The position numbers and the translations under genes were made by a program. Under the pieces are notes generated by a model that searched no databases, was not told the origin of the DNA, and was given only the letters and a program-made list of their open reading frames with translations. Shown here piece after piece: positions 17,741-28,930 of a DNA stretch of 64,000 nucleotides. Numbering within the stretch: position 1 is the stretch's first letter; each line of letters opens with the position of its first letter. Source of the DNA: Escherichia coli (GTDB lineage Bacteria > Pseudomonadota > Gammaproteobacteria > Enterobacterales > Enterobacteriaceae); NCBI RefSeq assembly GCF_003334385.1, contig NZ_QOWN01000002.1; one strand, written 5' to 3'.

Positions 17741-18716
17741 GATCGTCTCCTCCGTCGTGATGGTCGTTTTTGGTGTTGCGACGAACCAGCACGGTTAAGC
17801 CCGCCAGCACAGCCAGTGGTAGCATCATGCCTTTATACAGGGTGTGTTGAATATTTTCGGAACGCGCACCGGTAGAAAGATCGTCCAGTTTCGGCAGGTC
17901 GAGATTTTCATAAGGCACACCCGTCAGTACCAGAACCTGAGTACCGCCGCCCTCTTTCTCGCCGTACAGATGCGGATAATATTTCGGCACCGTATGCAGG
18001 TAAGTGTCGCCAGATTTCAGCGTCTGACGCGGATAGTGGTATTCGCTGCCAGGCTTCAGCGCCAGACGTTTTTTCGCCTCCGCCATCAGCTCTTCACGCG
18101 TACCGAAAATCACCGCGCCCGCCGGGCACACTTCTACGCAGCCAGGTAGACCGCCTTTATCGAGACGTTCCACACCTTTCTGGTTGCACAGCTCGCACTT
18201 ATGCAGCGCACCAAACGGGTTGTTGTAGTCGTACTTCGGCACGTTGTACGGACAGGCGACCATGCAGTAACGGCAGCCGGTGCACACATCTTTGTCGTAA
18301 TGGACAATGCCGGTTTTCGGATCTTTTTTCAGTGCAGAGACCGGGCACACAGAGACACAGTTCGGATCGACGCAGTGCATACACTGTTTCTTAATGTACG
18401 CGTAGCCGTTCTCCTCCTGGTCTTTGTTGACCCCTGTGCCGCTGGTCCACACCTGAATGATGTTATTGGTATACGGCGACAGTTTGTCGTTGTTCGACCA
18501 GGTCTGTTCCCCTTGCGGGTTACGTTCAGGGAAATTGATATCCTGACACTTGGTGACGCAAGCCTGGCAGCCTACGCACAAGGTCGAGTCGTACAACATC
18601 CCCAGCGATCCCGGAATTGGCGGGCGGTTTTCAGCAGCCGCATGACTGACAGACGGCAGCGCGCCCGTCAGCAATGCCCCGCAGGAGGCTGCTTTAATAA
18701 AATTACGTCTGTTCAC
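17730..18716 (-). CDS. hybA: hydrogenase-2 ferredoxin-type subunit HybA
   Basis: 328 aa. Tat-like [10 protein letters not shown] signal and four CxxCxxCxxxC 4Fe-4S motifs. Confidence 0.95.
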
Positions 18717-18718
18717 GG

Positions 18719-19837
18719 TTATTCTCCCCGTGAGTCAGCGTTATCTTTCTTTTGCTGACGACCCAGTTCACGCACCGCCATCACGCTGACACCGGCAACC
18801 AACCCAACCACACCGCCGAGCAAACCAATAGCGCCTGCAGAGACGTTGCCGCCCTCTTTAGCGTTAACATCCGGTTTCTGTGAACGCGGAGTTTGATTTT
18901 CGACGTTGGCAAGCTGATGGATGCCTTTATGGAAGCCGATACCTTCTTCGTTACAGCCATAGCACGGGTGACCAATCGCCACCGGCCACACACCGCCAAC
19001 ATCGCAGAATTGCAGCGTTGAGCAGTTGCCGTAAGTTTCTGGCCCTTTACAGCCGAGGTGGTACAGGCACCAGCCTTCGCGGTGGCCTTCATCACCGAAC
19101 TCTTTGGCAAAACGACCAGCATCGAAGTGCGGGCGACGTTCGCAGTGTTCGTGAATCAGACGGCCATAGGCGAAGGTCGGACGGTTTTTGTCATCCAGTT
19201 TCGGCGGTTTGCCGTAAGTGATGATGTGCGCAACGGTCGCGAGGAAGTTGTGCGGGTTCGGCGGGCAGCCCGGAATATTGATAACGGTTTTGCCTGGCAG
19301 AACTTCTTGCAGGCTGACTGCGCCAGTTGGGTTAACTCCAGCTGCGGCAACACCGCCCCACGCAGAGCAGGAACCGATAGCGATAATGGCTGCTGCGCCT
19401 TCCGCCGCTTTGCGGATGTGATCCACAATCGGCTCACCGGCAACCATGCAATAAATACCGTTATCTTTTAATGGGATGGAACCATCCACCACTAACACAT
19501 ACTGCCCTTTGTACTTCTCGAGAGCGTTATGTTTGTTCTCTTCGACCTGATGACCGAAGGCGGCGGAAAGCACTTCGTGATACTCCAGAGAGATAGTCTC
19601 CAGTACGAGGTTTTCTACCGTTGGATGCGTTGCACGAAGCAGAGATTCCGTACAACCGGTGCACTCCTGCGCGCCAATCCAGATAACTGGCGGACGCTGC
19701 GGGTTAGTAACCGATTCGGCCATCTCTGCAGCGGCTTTGCTACTTAACCCCATGGTGGCGGCTAATGCTGCACAAAGCTTCATGAAATCACGACGGTTAA
19801 TGCCGTGAGAATGGATGAGGGTGTTATCTCCAGTCAT
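18719..19837 (-). CDS. hybO: [NiFe] hydrogenase-2 small subunit HybO
   Basis: 372 aa. Twin-arginine signal INRRDFMK, small-subunit Cys clusters and a C-terminal TM anchor. Confidence 0.96.
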   Translation of the reverse strand: MTGDNTLIHSHGINRRDFMKLCAALAATMGLSSKAAAEMAESVTNPQRPPVIWIGAQECTGCTESLLRATHPTVENLVLETISLEYHEVLSAAFGHQVEENKHNALEKYKGQYVLVVDGSIPLKDNGIYCMVAGEPIVDHIRKAAEGAAAIIAIGSCSAWGGVAAAGVNPTGAVSLQEVLPGKTVINIPGCPPNPHNFLATVAHIITYGKPPKLDDKNRPTFAYGRLIHEHCERRPHFDAGRFAKEFGDEGHREGWCLYHLGCKGPETYGNCSTLQFCDVGGVWPVAIGHPCYGCNEEGIGFHKGIHQLANVENQTPRSQKPDVNAKEGGNVSAGAIGLLGGVVGLVAGVSVMAVRELGRQQKKDNADSRGE

Positions 19838-20025
19838 TTATAGTTATTCCGTTGCGAAGACCTGGCATATATTTTGCCTCAATCGCAAAATCAATAATGC
19901 GATCGATGCGCCATTTACCACACATTTATTATGGTTATCGATATCATGATACTGCGGCGGGGCGCTAAAACGAAGGGAAGAAGCATTAGTGTAATTAATT
20001 AAAGCAAGATAATACGTATGTTTGA

Positions 20026-20313
20026 TCAATTTTCGAGGCGATAACCGGCCATAAAAAAGCGCAACGTAGAACAGGAATTATTCTCACGAAAGAAATCCAT
20101 TACCATCTCTTTATCCAGTCCATAGCGGCGCGTCAGAATCCCCGCTTCCCAGGCGCTAAGCTGGCGATCTCCGGTCTTTTCGTACATCCGGTGTGAGTAG
20201 CCTAATACAAAACCGCGTTTATAATCGGCACAGAATTTTGTCACATTAACCGCACTGTCGGCATGCGTTGCTTTTAATCCCGCCATTAAGCCTTTACCAA
20301 AATGGTTATTCAT
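20026..20313 (-). CDS. yghW: DUF2623-family protein YghW
   Basis: 95 aa, recognised by sequence and by its position upstream of the hyb operon. Confidence 0.85.
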
Positions 20314-20431
20314 CGTTCACCTCATTCGCTATATATTGTCATATATAGCGATATTTTAGGCAAAGAACGACTTTTGCGCACGCTATTTTTTCATGCTTGT
20401 TTAAGACGTAATCCCGTAAGAGATAAACCTA

Positions 20432-21316
20432 TCAGGAGAGATATTTATCGAACCATTTCAGTGTCCTTTGCCAGGCAAGATCGGCGGCAGATTTGTCATA
20501 ACGGGGCGTGGAATCATTATGGAATCCGTGATTAACCCCCGGATAGATATACGCCTCATAAACCTTATTATTGGCTTTCAACGCCGCCTCGTAAGCAGGC
20601 CAGCCCTCGTTGATTCGGGTGTCCAGTTCCGCGAAGTGGAGTAGTAAAGGCGCTTCAATCTTCGCCACATCGGCAGTGGGTGCCTGACGACCATAAAACG
20701 GCACCGCGCAGGCCAGTTCCGGATACGCGACAGCCGCCGCGTTCGATACGCCACCGCCATAGCAAAATCCGGTAATACCCACTTTGCCTGTCGCTTGCGG
20801 ATAGCGTTGCATAAACTCAATTGCGGCAAAGAAATCATTCATCAGTTTGTTGGATCAACCTGCTGTTGCAGCTCACGACCTTTATCATCATTTCCCGGAT
20901 AACCTCCAACGGAACTTAAGCCGTCAGGTGCCAGGGCGATATACCCCGCCTTCGCCACTCGCCGTGCCACATCTTCGATATACGGATTCAGTCCACGATT
21001 CTCATGCACCACCACTACGGCTGGCGTTTTGCCGCTCATCTTTGCGGGCTTCACCAGATAACCCCGCACCTCGCCGTGACCATTTGGCGAAGGATACGTG
21101 ATGTACTCAGCAACAATTTCCGGGTCGGTAAACTCTACCTGAGTCGCCAGCGCATAATTTGGCTTGAGCAAATCAAACAACGCTAATGCCGTCATCCCGC
21201 CTACCGCACTTCGCCGCAAGGTTGAGGAACTCACGTTTCGAGATTTTCCCGTGAGCGTAATAGTCATAGTAATCCAGCAACTCTTGTGGGAAATCTTTGG
21301 CGGTTAAACGCGGCAT
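20432..21316 (-). pseudogene. yghX: dienelactone hydrolase-family gene yghX, disrupted by two frameshifts
   Basis: Three consecutive minus-strand ORF pieces together read as one DLH-family protein. They are 21173..21316 ([36 protein letters not shown]), 20842..21267 (..[29 protein letters not shown]..) and 20432..20842 (MNDFFAAIEF..GFCYGGG..GVNHGFHND). Frame switches occur near 21205-21215 and 20843-20850. Confidence 0.85.
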
Positions 21317-21472
21317 CGTTGCACTCCTCAGTTGGTGTTTTTTTAAGCAAAGCATAAGCACGTGTTTTTGCCCAGTTTTTCGTCACTCTGTGAGCCAGAC
21401 TACGGGATACGCGCTGGCGAATCGCTAAACTAGAAACATTGTTTCGAAATTGAACGGTGGAAAGGAGAGGTC

Positions 21473-22513
21473 ATGGTCTGGTTAGCGAATCCCGAACGTT
21501 ACGGGCAGATGCAATACCGCTATTGCGGAAAAAGTGGTTTACGCCTGCCCGCGTTATCGCTCGGTTTATGGCACAATTTCGGTCACGTTAACGCGTTGGA
21601 ATCACAGCGTGCGATCCTGCGTAAAGCGTTTGATTTGGGCATTACGCACTTTGATTTAGCCAACAATTACGGGCCGCCTCCAGGAAGCGCAGAAGAGAAC
21701 TTTGGTCGCCTGCTGCGGGAGGATTTTGCCGCTTATCGCGATGAACTGATTATCTCTACCAAGGCTGGCTACGATATGTGGCCCGGCCCTTACGGCTCTG
21801 GCGGTTCACGTAAATACCTGCTCGCCAGCCTCGACCAAAGCCTGAAGCGTATGGGGCTTGAGTATGTCGATATCTTTTACTCTCATCGCGTCGATGAAAA
21901 TACGCCGATGGAAGAAACCGCCTCTGCGCTGGCTCATGCGGTACAAAGCGGTAAGGCGCTGTATGTCGGGATCTCCTCTTACTCGCCAGAGCGGACGCAA
22001 AAAATGGTCGAGTTGCTGCGCGAGTGGAAAATTCCGCTGTTAATTCATCAACCTTCGTACAATTTACTGAACCGCTGGGTGGATAAAAGCGGCCTGCTGG
22101 ATACCCTGCAAAATAACGGCGTGGGCTGTATTGCCTTTACTCCTCTGGCTCAGGGATTGCTGACCGGAAAATATCTCAACGGCATTCCGCAAGATTCACG
22201 GATGCATCGTGAAGGGAATAAAGTTCGTGGTCTGACACCGAAAATGCTTACCGAAGCCAACCTCAACAGCCTGCGCTTATTGAATGAAATGGCACAGCAG
22301 CGTGGACAATCAATGGCGCAAATGGCGTTAAGCTGGTTGCTGAAAGATGATCGCGTGACGTCGGTATTGATTGGTGCCAGCCGCGCGGAGCAACTAGAGG
22401 AGAACGTGCAGGCGCTGAATAATCTGACATTTAGCACCAAGGAGCTGGCGCAGATTGATCAGCATATCGCCGATGGCGAGCTGAATCTGTGGCAGGCGTC
22501 TTCCGATAAATGA
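21473..22513 (+). CDS. gpr: L-glyceraldehyde-3-phosphate reductase (aldo-keto reductase)
   Basis: 346 aa AKR (yghZ), recognised sequence MVWLANPERYGQMQYRYCGKSGLRLPALSLG. Confidence 0.93.
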   Translation: MVWLANPERYGQMQYRYCGKSGLRLPALSLGLWHNFGHVNALESQRAILRKAFDLGITHFDLANNYGPPPGSAEENFGRLLREDFAAYRDELIISTKAGYDMWPGPYGSGGSRKYLLASLDQSLKRMGLEYVDIFYSHRVDENTPMEETASALAHAVQSGKALYVGISSYSPERTQKMVELLREWKIPLLIHQPSYNLLNRWVDKSGLLDTLQNNGVGCIAFTPLAQGLLTGKYLNGIPQDSRMHREGNKVRGLTPKMLTEANLNSLRLLNEMAQQRGQSMAQMALSWLLKDDRVTSVLIGASRAEQLEENVQALNNLTFSTKELAQIDQHIADGELNLWQASSDK

Positions 22514-22525
22514 CCTGTTAATAAC

Positions 22526-22544
22526 GGGCGCGCGAACCGCGCCC
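22526..22544. terminator. hairpin between convergent gpr and yqhA
   Basis: gggcgcg (22526-22532) pairs with cgcgccc (22538-22544). Confidence 0.45.
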
Positions 22545-22552
22545 GAATCAGA

Positions 22553-23116
<564 letters not shown>

Positions 23117-23237
23117 TCAACATATACGTTAAACCTTTGTCGCATAATTCTGAGGTTTAGGGATCTTCCTGGTTCCCTTATCAACGCATCGAGAACGTCT
23201 ACCCTTAAAGGACGTTGAACCTGAAGGGAGAAAAACG

Positions 23238-24122
23238 ATGTCTCATTTAAAAGACCCGACCACGCAGTATTACACTGGTGAATATCCCAAACAGAAACAA
23301 CCGACGCCAGGCATCCAGGCGAAGATGACACCGGTACCGGATTGCGGCGAGAAAACCTATGTTGGTAGCGGTCGCCTGAAAGATCGTAAAGCACTGGTGA
23401 CAGGGGGCGATTCCGGAATAGGTCGCGCTGCCGCCATCGCTTACGCGCGTGAAGGGGCTGACGTGGCGATCAGTTATCTTCCCGTGGAAGAAGAAGACGC
23501 TCAGGATGTGAAAAAGATCATTGAAGAATGCGGACGCAAAGCCGTTCTGCTGCCAAGCGATTTAAGCGATGAGAAATTTGCCCGTTCGCTGGTTCACGAA
23601 GCGCACAAGGCGTTAGGCGGGCTGGATATTATGGCGCTGGTCGCCGGGAAACAGGTTGCCATTCCGGATATTGCAGACCTCACCAGCGAACAGTTTCAAA
23701 AGACCTTTGCCATTAACGTTTTCGCGCTGTTCTGGCTAACCCAGGAAGCGATCCCCCTGCTACCGAAAGGTACAAGTATCATCACCACTTCGTCAATCCA
23801 GGCATACCAGCCAAGTCCGCATTTACTGGACTATGCGGCTACGAAGGCGGCGATTCTGAACTACAGCCGTGGCTTGGCAAAACAGGTCGCGGAGAAAGGT
23901 ATTCGGGTGAATATTGTCGCGCCAGGCCCGATCTGGACAGCACTGCAAATTTCCGGCGGACAAACGCAGGATAAGATCCCGCAGTTTGGTCAGCAAACGC
24001 CGATGAAACGTGCGGGGCAACCGGCGGAACTGGCCCCTGTATATGTTTATCTGGCAAGTCAGGAGTCGAGCTACGTCACCGCAGAAGTGCACGGCGTGTG
24101 CGGCGGCGAGCATTTAGGTTAA
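23238..24122 (+). CDS. yghA: short-chain dehydrogenase/reductase YghA
   Basis: 294 aa. [10 protein letters not shown] cofactor motif and a YxxxK catalytic motif (YAATKAA). Confidence 0.93.
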   Translation: MSHLKDPTTQYYTGEYPKQKQPTPGIQAKMTPVPDCGEKTYVGSGRLKDRKALVTGGDSGIGRAAAIAYAREGADVAISYLPVEEEDAQDVKKIIEECGRKAVLLPSDLSDEKFARSLVHEAHKALGGLDIMALVAGKQVAIPDIADLTSEQFQKTFAINVFALFWLTQEAIPLLPKGTSIITTSSIQAYQPSPHLLDYAATKAAILNYSRGLAKQVAEKGIRVNIVAPGPIWTALQISGGQTQDKIPQFGQQTPMKRAGQPAELAPVYVYLASQESSYVTAEVHGVCGGEHLG

Positions 24123-24126
24123 AAAA

Positions 24127-24155
24127 ATGCCCGGTTGTGAAAAGCAACCGGGCAT
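24127..24155 (+). terminator. yghA terminator hairpin
   Basis: atgcccggttg (24127-24137) pairs with caaccgggcat (24145-24155), immediately after the stop codon. Confidence 0.6.
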
Positions 24156-24188
24156 CATTGTGAATTCACTCTTACCTGATGTGGCGAA

Positions 24189-24385
24189 AACGCCTTATCC
24201 GCCTACAAACGCATGAAGATTCAACATGTTGCAATAGATTTTGTAGGCCTGATAAGCGTAGCGCATCAGGCATTGAGCACCTAATGCCGGATGCGTCGTG
24301 AACGCCTTATCCGGCCTACAAACGCACGAAGATTCAACATGTTGCAATAGATTTTGTAGGCCTGATGAGCGTAGCGCATCAGGCA
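24189..24385. repeat. BIME-like REP cluster containing a direct duplication of about 84 bp
   Basis: Copy 1 (24189-24272) and copy 2 (24301-24385) of aacgccttatccg(g)cctacaaacgca(t/c)gaagattcaacatgttgcaatagattttgtaggcctgat(a/g)agcgtagcgcatcaggca. Each copy has inverted REP arms. Another REP (gccggatgcg) lies between them. Confidence 0.85.
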
Positions 24386-24393
24386 ATTCTACT

Positions 24394-24819
24394 TTACTTC
24401 GCTTTGGCGGTTTCTTCGCCGACCAGACCTATCTTCAGGTAACCCGCCTGATGCAGCGTATCCATTACCTTCATCAACGTCTCGTAATCGACGGTTTTGT
24501 CCGCTCGGAAGAAGATGGTGGTGTCTTTCTTGCCTTCGGTTAACGCATTCAACGCCGTAATCATTGTTTCATCGGTGACCGGATCGTTACCGATAAACAT
24601 CGAGTTGTCTGCCTTCACCGACAGATAAACCGGTTTTTCCGGGCGCGGCTGCGGCGTGCTGGTAGAAGCAGGCAAGTTCACCTTCACATCTACCGTCGCT
24701 AACGGTGCCGCCACCATAAAGATAATCAGCAGAACCAACATCACGTCGATAAACGGCGTCACGTTGATATCATGCATTTCGCCGTTATCGTCGAGGTTTT
24801 CGTTAAGATGCATTGCCAT
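24394..24819 (-). CDS. exbD: TonB-system energiser ExbD
   Basis: 141 aa, recognised sequence (MAMHLNENLDDNGEMHDINVTPFIDVMLVLLIIFMV). Confidence 0.96.
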   Translation of the reverse strand: MAMHLNENLDDNGEMHDINVTPFIDVMLVLLIIFMVAAPLATVDVKVNLPASTSTPQPRPEKPVYLSVKADNSMFIGNDPVTDETMITALNALTEGKKDTTIFFRADKTVDYETLMKVMDTLHQAGYLKIGLVGEETAKAK

Positions 24820-24825
24820 CGGATA

Positions 24826-25560
24826 TTATCCTGCGCGTAATTTTTGTGCGACACGAACCGGATGCGCAGCGGCGCTGGCTTCCAGATCCAGGTCACGGCT
24901 TTGCAGCAACAATACCTGCGCTGCAACATCACCCAGCATCGCTTTAAAGCCGCCAATCTGGCGTGCAAATACGTTATAGATAACGACCGCAGGAATCGCT
25001 GCCACGAGGCCGATTGCCGTTGCTAACAGAGCTTCTGCGATACCCGGCGCAACGACTGCCAGGTTAGTGGTCTGCGTTTGCGCGATACCAATAAAGCTGT
25101 TCATGATGCCCCAGACCGTACCAAACAGACCAACGAACGGAGAAATCGCGCCGATGGTTGCCAGATAGCCGTTACCGCGGCCCATTTGACGACCCACTGC
25201 GGCGACCCGACGCTCCAGACGGAAGCTGGTACGTTCTTTAATACCTTCGTTATCGTCGCTGCCTTCTGACAGTTCCAGCTCATTCTGCGCTTCATTGAGC
25301 AAATGCAGGCTTAAGCTTTTGCTACCAAAATCAGCGGCGATATCGTTGGCCTGGTTTAAGGAACGCGCTTCAGCCAGCAGTTGCTGCTCGCGCTTAAGGC
25401 GACGCTTCTGATTGAAGAACTCTACGCTCTTACTGAAGAAGATTGCCCAGGTGACTACGGAGGCCAAAATAAGCCCAATCATCACGCACTTAACGACAAT
25501 ATCGGCGTGCTGATACATACCCCAGACGGAAAGGTCCGTCTGCATTAAATTATTACCCAC
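24826..25560 (-). CDS. exbB: TonB-system energiser ExbB
   Basis: 244 aa, MotA/TolQ/ExbB family, recognised sequence. Confidence 0.96.
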   Translation of the reverse strand: MGNNLMQTDLSVWGMYQHADIVVKCVMIGLILASVVTWAIFFSKSVEFFNQKRRLKREQQLLAEARSLNQANDIAADFGSKSLSLHLLNEAQNELELSEGSDDNEGIKERTSFRLERRVAAVGRQMGRGNGYLATIGAISPFVGLFGTVWGIMNSFIGIAQTQTTNLAVVAPGIAEALLATAIGLVAAIPAVVIYNVFARQIGGFKAMLGDVAAQVLLLQSRDLDLEASAAAHPVRVAQKLRAG

Positions 25561-25593
25561 TGTGTATCTCCAGGACGCAAGTCACAAAATCTG

Positions 25594-25648
25594 CGCATAA
25601 TAATATCAAAACGACGTCGAATTGATAGTCGTTCTCATTACTATTTGC
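25594..25648 (-). promoter_or_regulatory. putative Fur operator region of the exbBD promoter
   Basis: AT-rich Fur-box-like strings gcataataatatcaaa and ttgatagtcgttctcattac resemble GATAATGATAATCATTATC. exbB is a known Fur regulon member. The exact site is not resolved. Confidence 0.4.
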
Positions 25649-25777
25649 ATACTGCCGTACCTTTGCTTTCTTTTCCTTGCGTTTACGCAGTAAAAAAGTC
25701 ACCAGCACGCCATTTGCGAAAATTTTCTGCTTTATGCCAATTCTTCAGGATGCGCCCGCGAATATTCATGCTAGTTT

Positions 25778-25793
25778 AGACATCCAGACGTAT
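25778..25793 (+). promoter_or_regulatory. tandem MetJ boxes upstream of metC
   Basis: agacatcc + agacgtat are two adjacent 8-bp units close to the met-box consensus AGACGTCT, 19 nt upstream of the metC ATG. Confidence 0.55.
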
Positions 25794-25811
25794 AAAAACA
25801 GGAATCCCGAC

Positions 25812-26999
25812 ATGGCGGACAAAAAGCTTGATACTCAACTGGTGAATGCAGGACGCAGCAAAAAATACACTCTCGGCGCGGTAAATAGCGTGATTCAGCG
25901 CGCTTCTTCGCTGGTCTTTGACAGTGTAGAAGCCAAAAAACACGCGACACGTAATCGCGCCAATGGAGAGTTGTTCTATGGACGGCGCGGAACGTTAACC
26001 CATTTCTCCTTACAACAAGCGATGTGTGAACTGGAAGGTGGCGCAGGCTGCGTGCTATTTCCCTGCGGGGCGGCAGCGGTTGCTAATTCCATTCTTGCTT
26101 TTATCGAACAGGGCGATCATGTGTTGATGACCAACACCGCCTATGAACCGAGTCAGGATTTCTGTAGCAAAATCCTCAGCAAACTGGGCGTAACGACATC
26201 ATGGTTTGATCCGCTGATTGGTGCCGATATCGTTAAGCATCTGCAGCCAAACACTAAAATCGTGTTTCTGGAATCGCCAGGCTCCATCACCATGGAAGTC
26301 CACGACGTTCCGGCGATTGTTGCCGCCGTACGCAGTGTGGTGCCGGATGCCATCATTATGATCGACAACACCTGGGCAGCCGGTGTGCTGTTTAAGGCGC
26401 TGGATTTTGGCATCGATGTTTCTATTCAAGCCGCCACCAAATATCTGGTTGGGCATTCAGATGCGATGATTGGCACTGCCGTGTGCAATGCCCGTTGCTG
26501 GGAGCAGCTACGGGAAAATGCCTATCTGATGGGCCAGATGGTCGATGCCGATACCGCCTATATAACCAGCCGTGGCCTGCGCACATTAGGTGTGCGTTTG
26601 CGTCAACATCATGAAAGCAGTCTGAAAGTGGCTGAATGGCTGGCAGAACATCCGCAAGTTGCGCGAGTTAACCACCCTGCTCTGCCTGGCAGTAAAGGTC
26701 ACGAATTCTGGAAACGAGACTTTACAGGCAGCAGCGGGCTATTTTCCTTTGTGCTTAAGAAAAAACTCAATAATGAAGAGCTGGCGAACTATCTGGATAA
26801 CTTCAGTTTATTCAGCATGGCCTACTCGTGGGGCGGGTATGAATCGTTGATCCTGGCAAATCAACCAGAACATATCGCCGCCATTCGCCCACAAGGCGAG
26901 ATCGATTTTAGCGGGACCTTGATTCGCCTGCATATTGGTCTGGAAGATGTCGACGATCTGATTGCCGATCTGGACGCCGGTTTTGCGCGAATTGTATAA
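25812..26999 (+). CDS. metC: cystathionine beta-lyase
   Basis: [25 protein letters not shown]... is recognised. PLP-lysine context [10 protein letters not shown]. The internal ATG of ORF 25677..26999 is taken, giving 395 aa. Confidence 0.96.
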   Translation: MADKKLDTQLVNAGRSKKYTLGAVNSVIQRASSLVFDSVEAKKHATRNRANGELFYGRRGTLTHFSLQQAMCELEGGAGCVLFPCGAAAVANSILAFIEQGDHVLMTNTAYEPSQDFCSKILSKLGVTTSWFDPLIGADIVKHLQPNTKIVFLESPGSITMEVHDVPAIVAAVRSVVPDAIIMIDNTWAAGVLFKALDFGIDVSIQAATKYLVGHSDAMIGTAVCNARCWEQLRENAYLMGQMVDADTAYITSRGLRTLGVRLRQHHESSLKVAEWLAEHPQVARVNHPALPGSKGHEFWKRDFTGSSGLFSFVLKKKLNNEELANYLDNFSLFSMAYSWGGYESLILANQPEHIAAIRPQGEIDFSGTLIRLHIGLEDVDDLIADLDAGFARIV

Positions 27000-27057
27000 C
27001 ATTGCCACTTTTGGACAATTTTGCAGACATTTTATTGTGAAAAGTCTTAAATTGTTG

Positions 27058-27083
27058 CGTCCGGGATCAAGGCGTCCCGGACG
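27058..27083 (+). terminator. hairpin downstream of metC
   Basis: cgtccggga (27058-27066) pairs with tcccggacg (27075-27083). No clear T-tract. Confidence 0.4.
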
Positions 27084-27138
27084 ATTCAGGAGTACAATAG
27101 GCAGATAAAGGCTTAAACGCTGTTCCACAGGAAAGTCC

Positions 27139-27798
27139 ATGGCTGTTATTCAAGATATCATCGCTGCGCTCTGGCAACACGACTTTGCCGCGCTGGCGGA
27201 TCCTCATATTGTTAGCGTTGTTTACTTTGTCATGTTTGCCACGCTGTTTTTAGAAAACGGCCTGCTGCCCGCCTCATTTTTGCCAGGCGACAGCTTGTTG
27301 ATACTGGCAGGCGCATTGATTGCCCAGGGGGTTATGGATTTTCTGCCTACGATTGCGATTCTGACCGCCGCAGCAAGTCTGGGCTGCTGGCTAAGTTATA
27401 TTCAGGGGCGCTGGTTAGGGAATACCAAAACGGTGAAAGGCTGGCTGGCACAGCTTCCTGCTAAATATCACCAGCGCGCCACCTGCATGTTTGACCGCCA
27501 CGGTCTGCTGGCGCTGCTGGCTGGACGTTTTCTTGCATTTGTCCGTACGCTGCTGCCAACCATGGCGGGAATTTCCGGTCTGCCAAACCGCCGCTTCCAG
27601 TTTTTCAACTGGTTAAGTGGATTGCTGTGGGTCAGCGTGGTAACCAGTTTTGGCTATGCCTTAAGTATGATTCCGTTCGTTAAACGCCATGAAGATCAGG
27701 TAATGACGTTCCTGATGATCCTGCCAATTGCCTTGTTAACCGCTGGCTTGTTAGGCACGCTGTTTGTGGTGATTAAAAAAAAATACTGTAACGCCTGA
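27139..27798 (+). CDS. yghB: DedA-family inner-membrane protein YghB
   Basis: 219 aa, recognised DedA-family sequence. Confidence 0.93.
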
Positions 27799-27808
27799 CG
27801 ATTTTCCC

Positions 27809-27834
27809 CGTTCCCGGTTGCTGTACCGGGAACG
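27809..27834. terminator. hairpin between convergent yghB and yqhC
   Basis: cgttcccggt (27809-27818) pairs with accgggaacg (27825-27834). Confidence 0.55.
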
Positions 27835-27837
27835 TAT

Positions 27838-28794
27838 TTAATTCCCCTGCATCGCCCGCATTCTTGCCGCATCTTCCCCCGGCGTCACACCGAAGTAACG
27901 TTTAAACTCACGGCTAAATTGCGATGCGCTTTCATAGCCGACGCGCATCGCTGCTGCGCTGGCCTTCATGCCGTCATGGATGATCATCATCCGCGCCTTA
28001 TGCAGACGGTAATTCTTCAAATACTGCAACGGCGAGGTACTGGTGACAGACTTAAAATTATGGTGGAACGCCGATACGCTCATGTTGGCTTCTGCCGCCA
28101 GTTGCTCGACGCTCAGGTTTTCGGTGTATTTATTCTCAATCCGTTTCAGCACGCGGCTAATCAGACTGAAGTGAGTCTGGCGACTGACCAGCGCCAGTAA
28201 CGCGCCGCCGCAAGGTCCGGTCAGCACGTAGTACAGAATTTCGCGGATGATCTGTTTGCCGAGAATACGCGCATCCAGTGGTCGCTCCATCACGTCGAGT
28301 AACCGCTCCGCCGCGCATAAAATCTCTTCTGATAACGTGGCGGAGTTAATCCCGCTGGCTGCCATCGACGGCTGGAAATGCTCATCTTCGCCAATGTCCA
28401 TCAACAGTTCCTGTAACTGCAAAATATCGACATTGAGACGCAACCCTGCCAGCGGCACCTCTGACGTGGCATAGGTTTCGCACTCAAACGGCAACGGCAC
28501 CGTCAGCAGCAGGTATTCATTGGCATCATAACGAAACACGCGTTCATTGATATAACCGATTTTATGCCCGGAAAAGAGAATTATGATGCCAGGCTCGTAC
28601 ATCACCGGTGTACGTGCGAAAGGCGTCTCGCCATACAACAAACGCACATCGGGCAACAGTTCTGACAAACTATTTTCTTTATTTTTCAGTTTATTAACTT
28701 TATCCGCCAGCAAGCGGCAAATCTCTTCACGTTTCATATCGCGTAATTTCTTAGGAATAATGCGGCAATTTGATTGTGCGCAATTTTGTAGCAT
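27838..28794 (-). CDS. yqhC: AraC-family activator of yqhD/dkgA
   Basis: [25 protein letters not shown]... with a C-terminal AraC HTH. The internal ATG of ORF 27838..28965 is taken, giving 318 aa. Confidence 0.92.
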   Translation of the reverse strand: MLQNCAQSNCRIIPKKLRDMKREEICRLLADKVNKLKNKENSLSELLPDVRLLYGETPFARTPVMYEPGIIILFSGHKIGYINERVFRYDANEYLLLTVPLPFECETYATSEVPLAGLRLNVDILQLQELLMDIGEDEHFQPSMAASGINSATLSEEILCAAERLLDVMERPLDARILGKQIIREILYYVLTGPCGGALLALVSRQTHFSLISRVLKRIENKYTENLSVEQLAAEANMSVSAFHHNFKSVTSTSPLQYLKNYRLHKARMMIIHDGMKASAAAMRVGYESASQFSREFKRYFGVTPGEDAARMRAMQGN

Positions 28795-28930
28795 TTCTCC
28801 AGCACTCTGGAGAAATAGGCAAGACATTGGCAGAAATGAGCATTGAGAGCCAGGGCGCTGGCGATCACAATGAAAAACATCAGGCAGATCGTTCTCTGCC
28901 CTCATATTGGCCCAGCAAAGGGAGCAAGTA

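Noticed and set aside
19844-20029. 61-aa ORF in the hybO upstream region. Other orphan ORFs occur at 23065-23394, 9863-10147 and 34751-35020.
   Set aside because: They lie in promoter or intergenic DNA, or overlap the ends of real genes. They have an implausible composition and no RBS, and are not supported by context.
25677-25811. N-terminal extensions offered by the ORF track for metC. The same applies to yqhC (28795-28965), yqhD (28907-28930), tolC (51684-51722), ygiS (41295-41357), ygiW (43285-43341), zupT (56116-56157), ubiK (58388-58447), ygiB (53319-53351), yghU (12255-12302) and yqhA (23048-23077).
   Set aside because: The recognised mature N-termini or signal peptides begin at internal ATGs with better RBS spacing. 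The extensions run through promoter or operator sequence.
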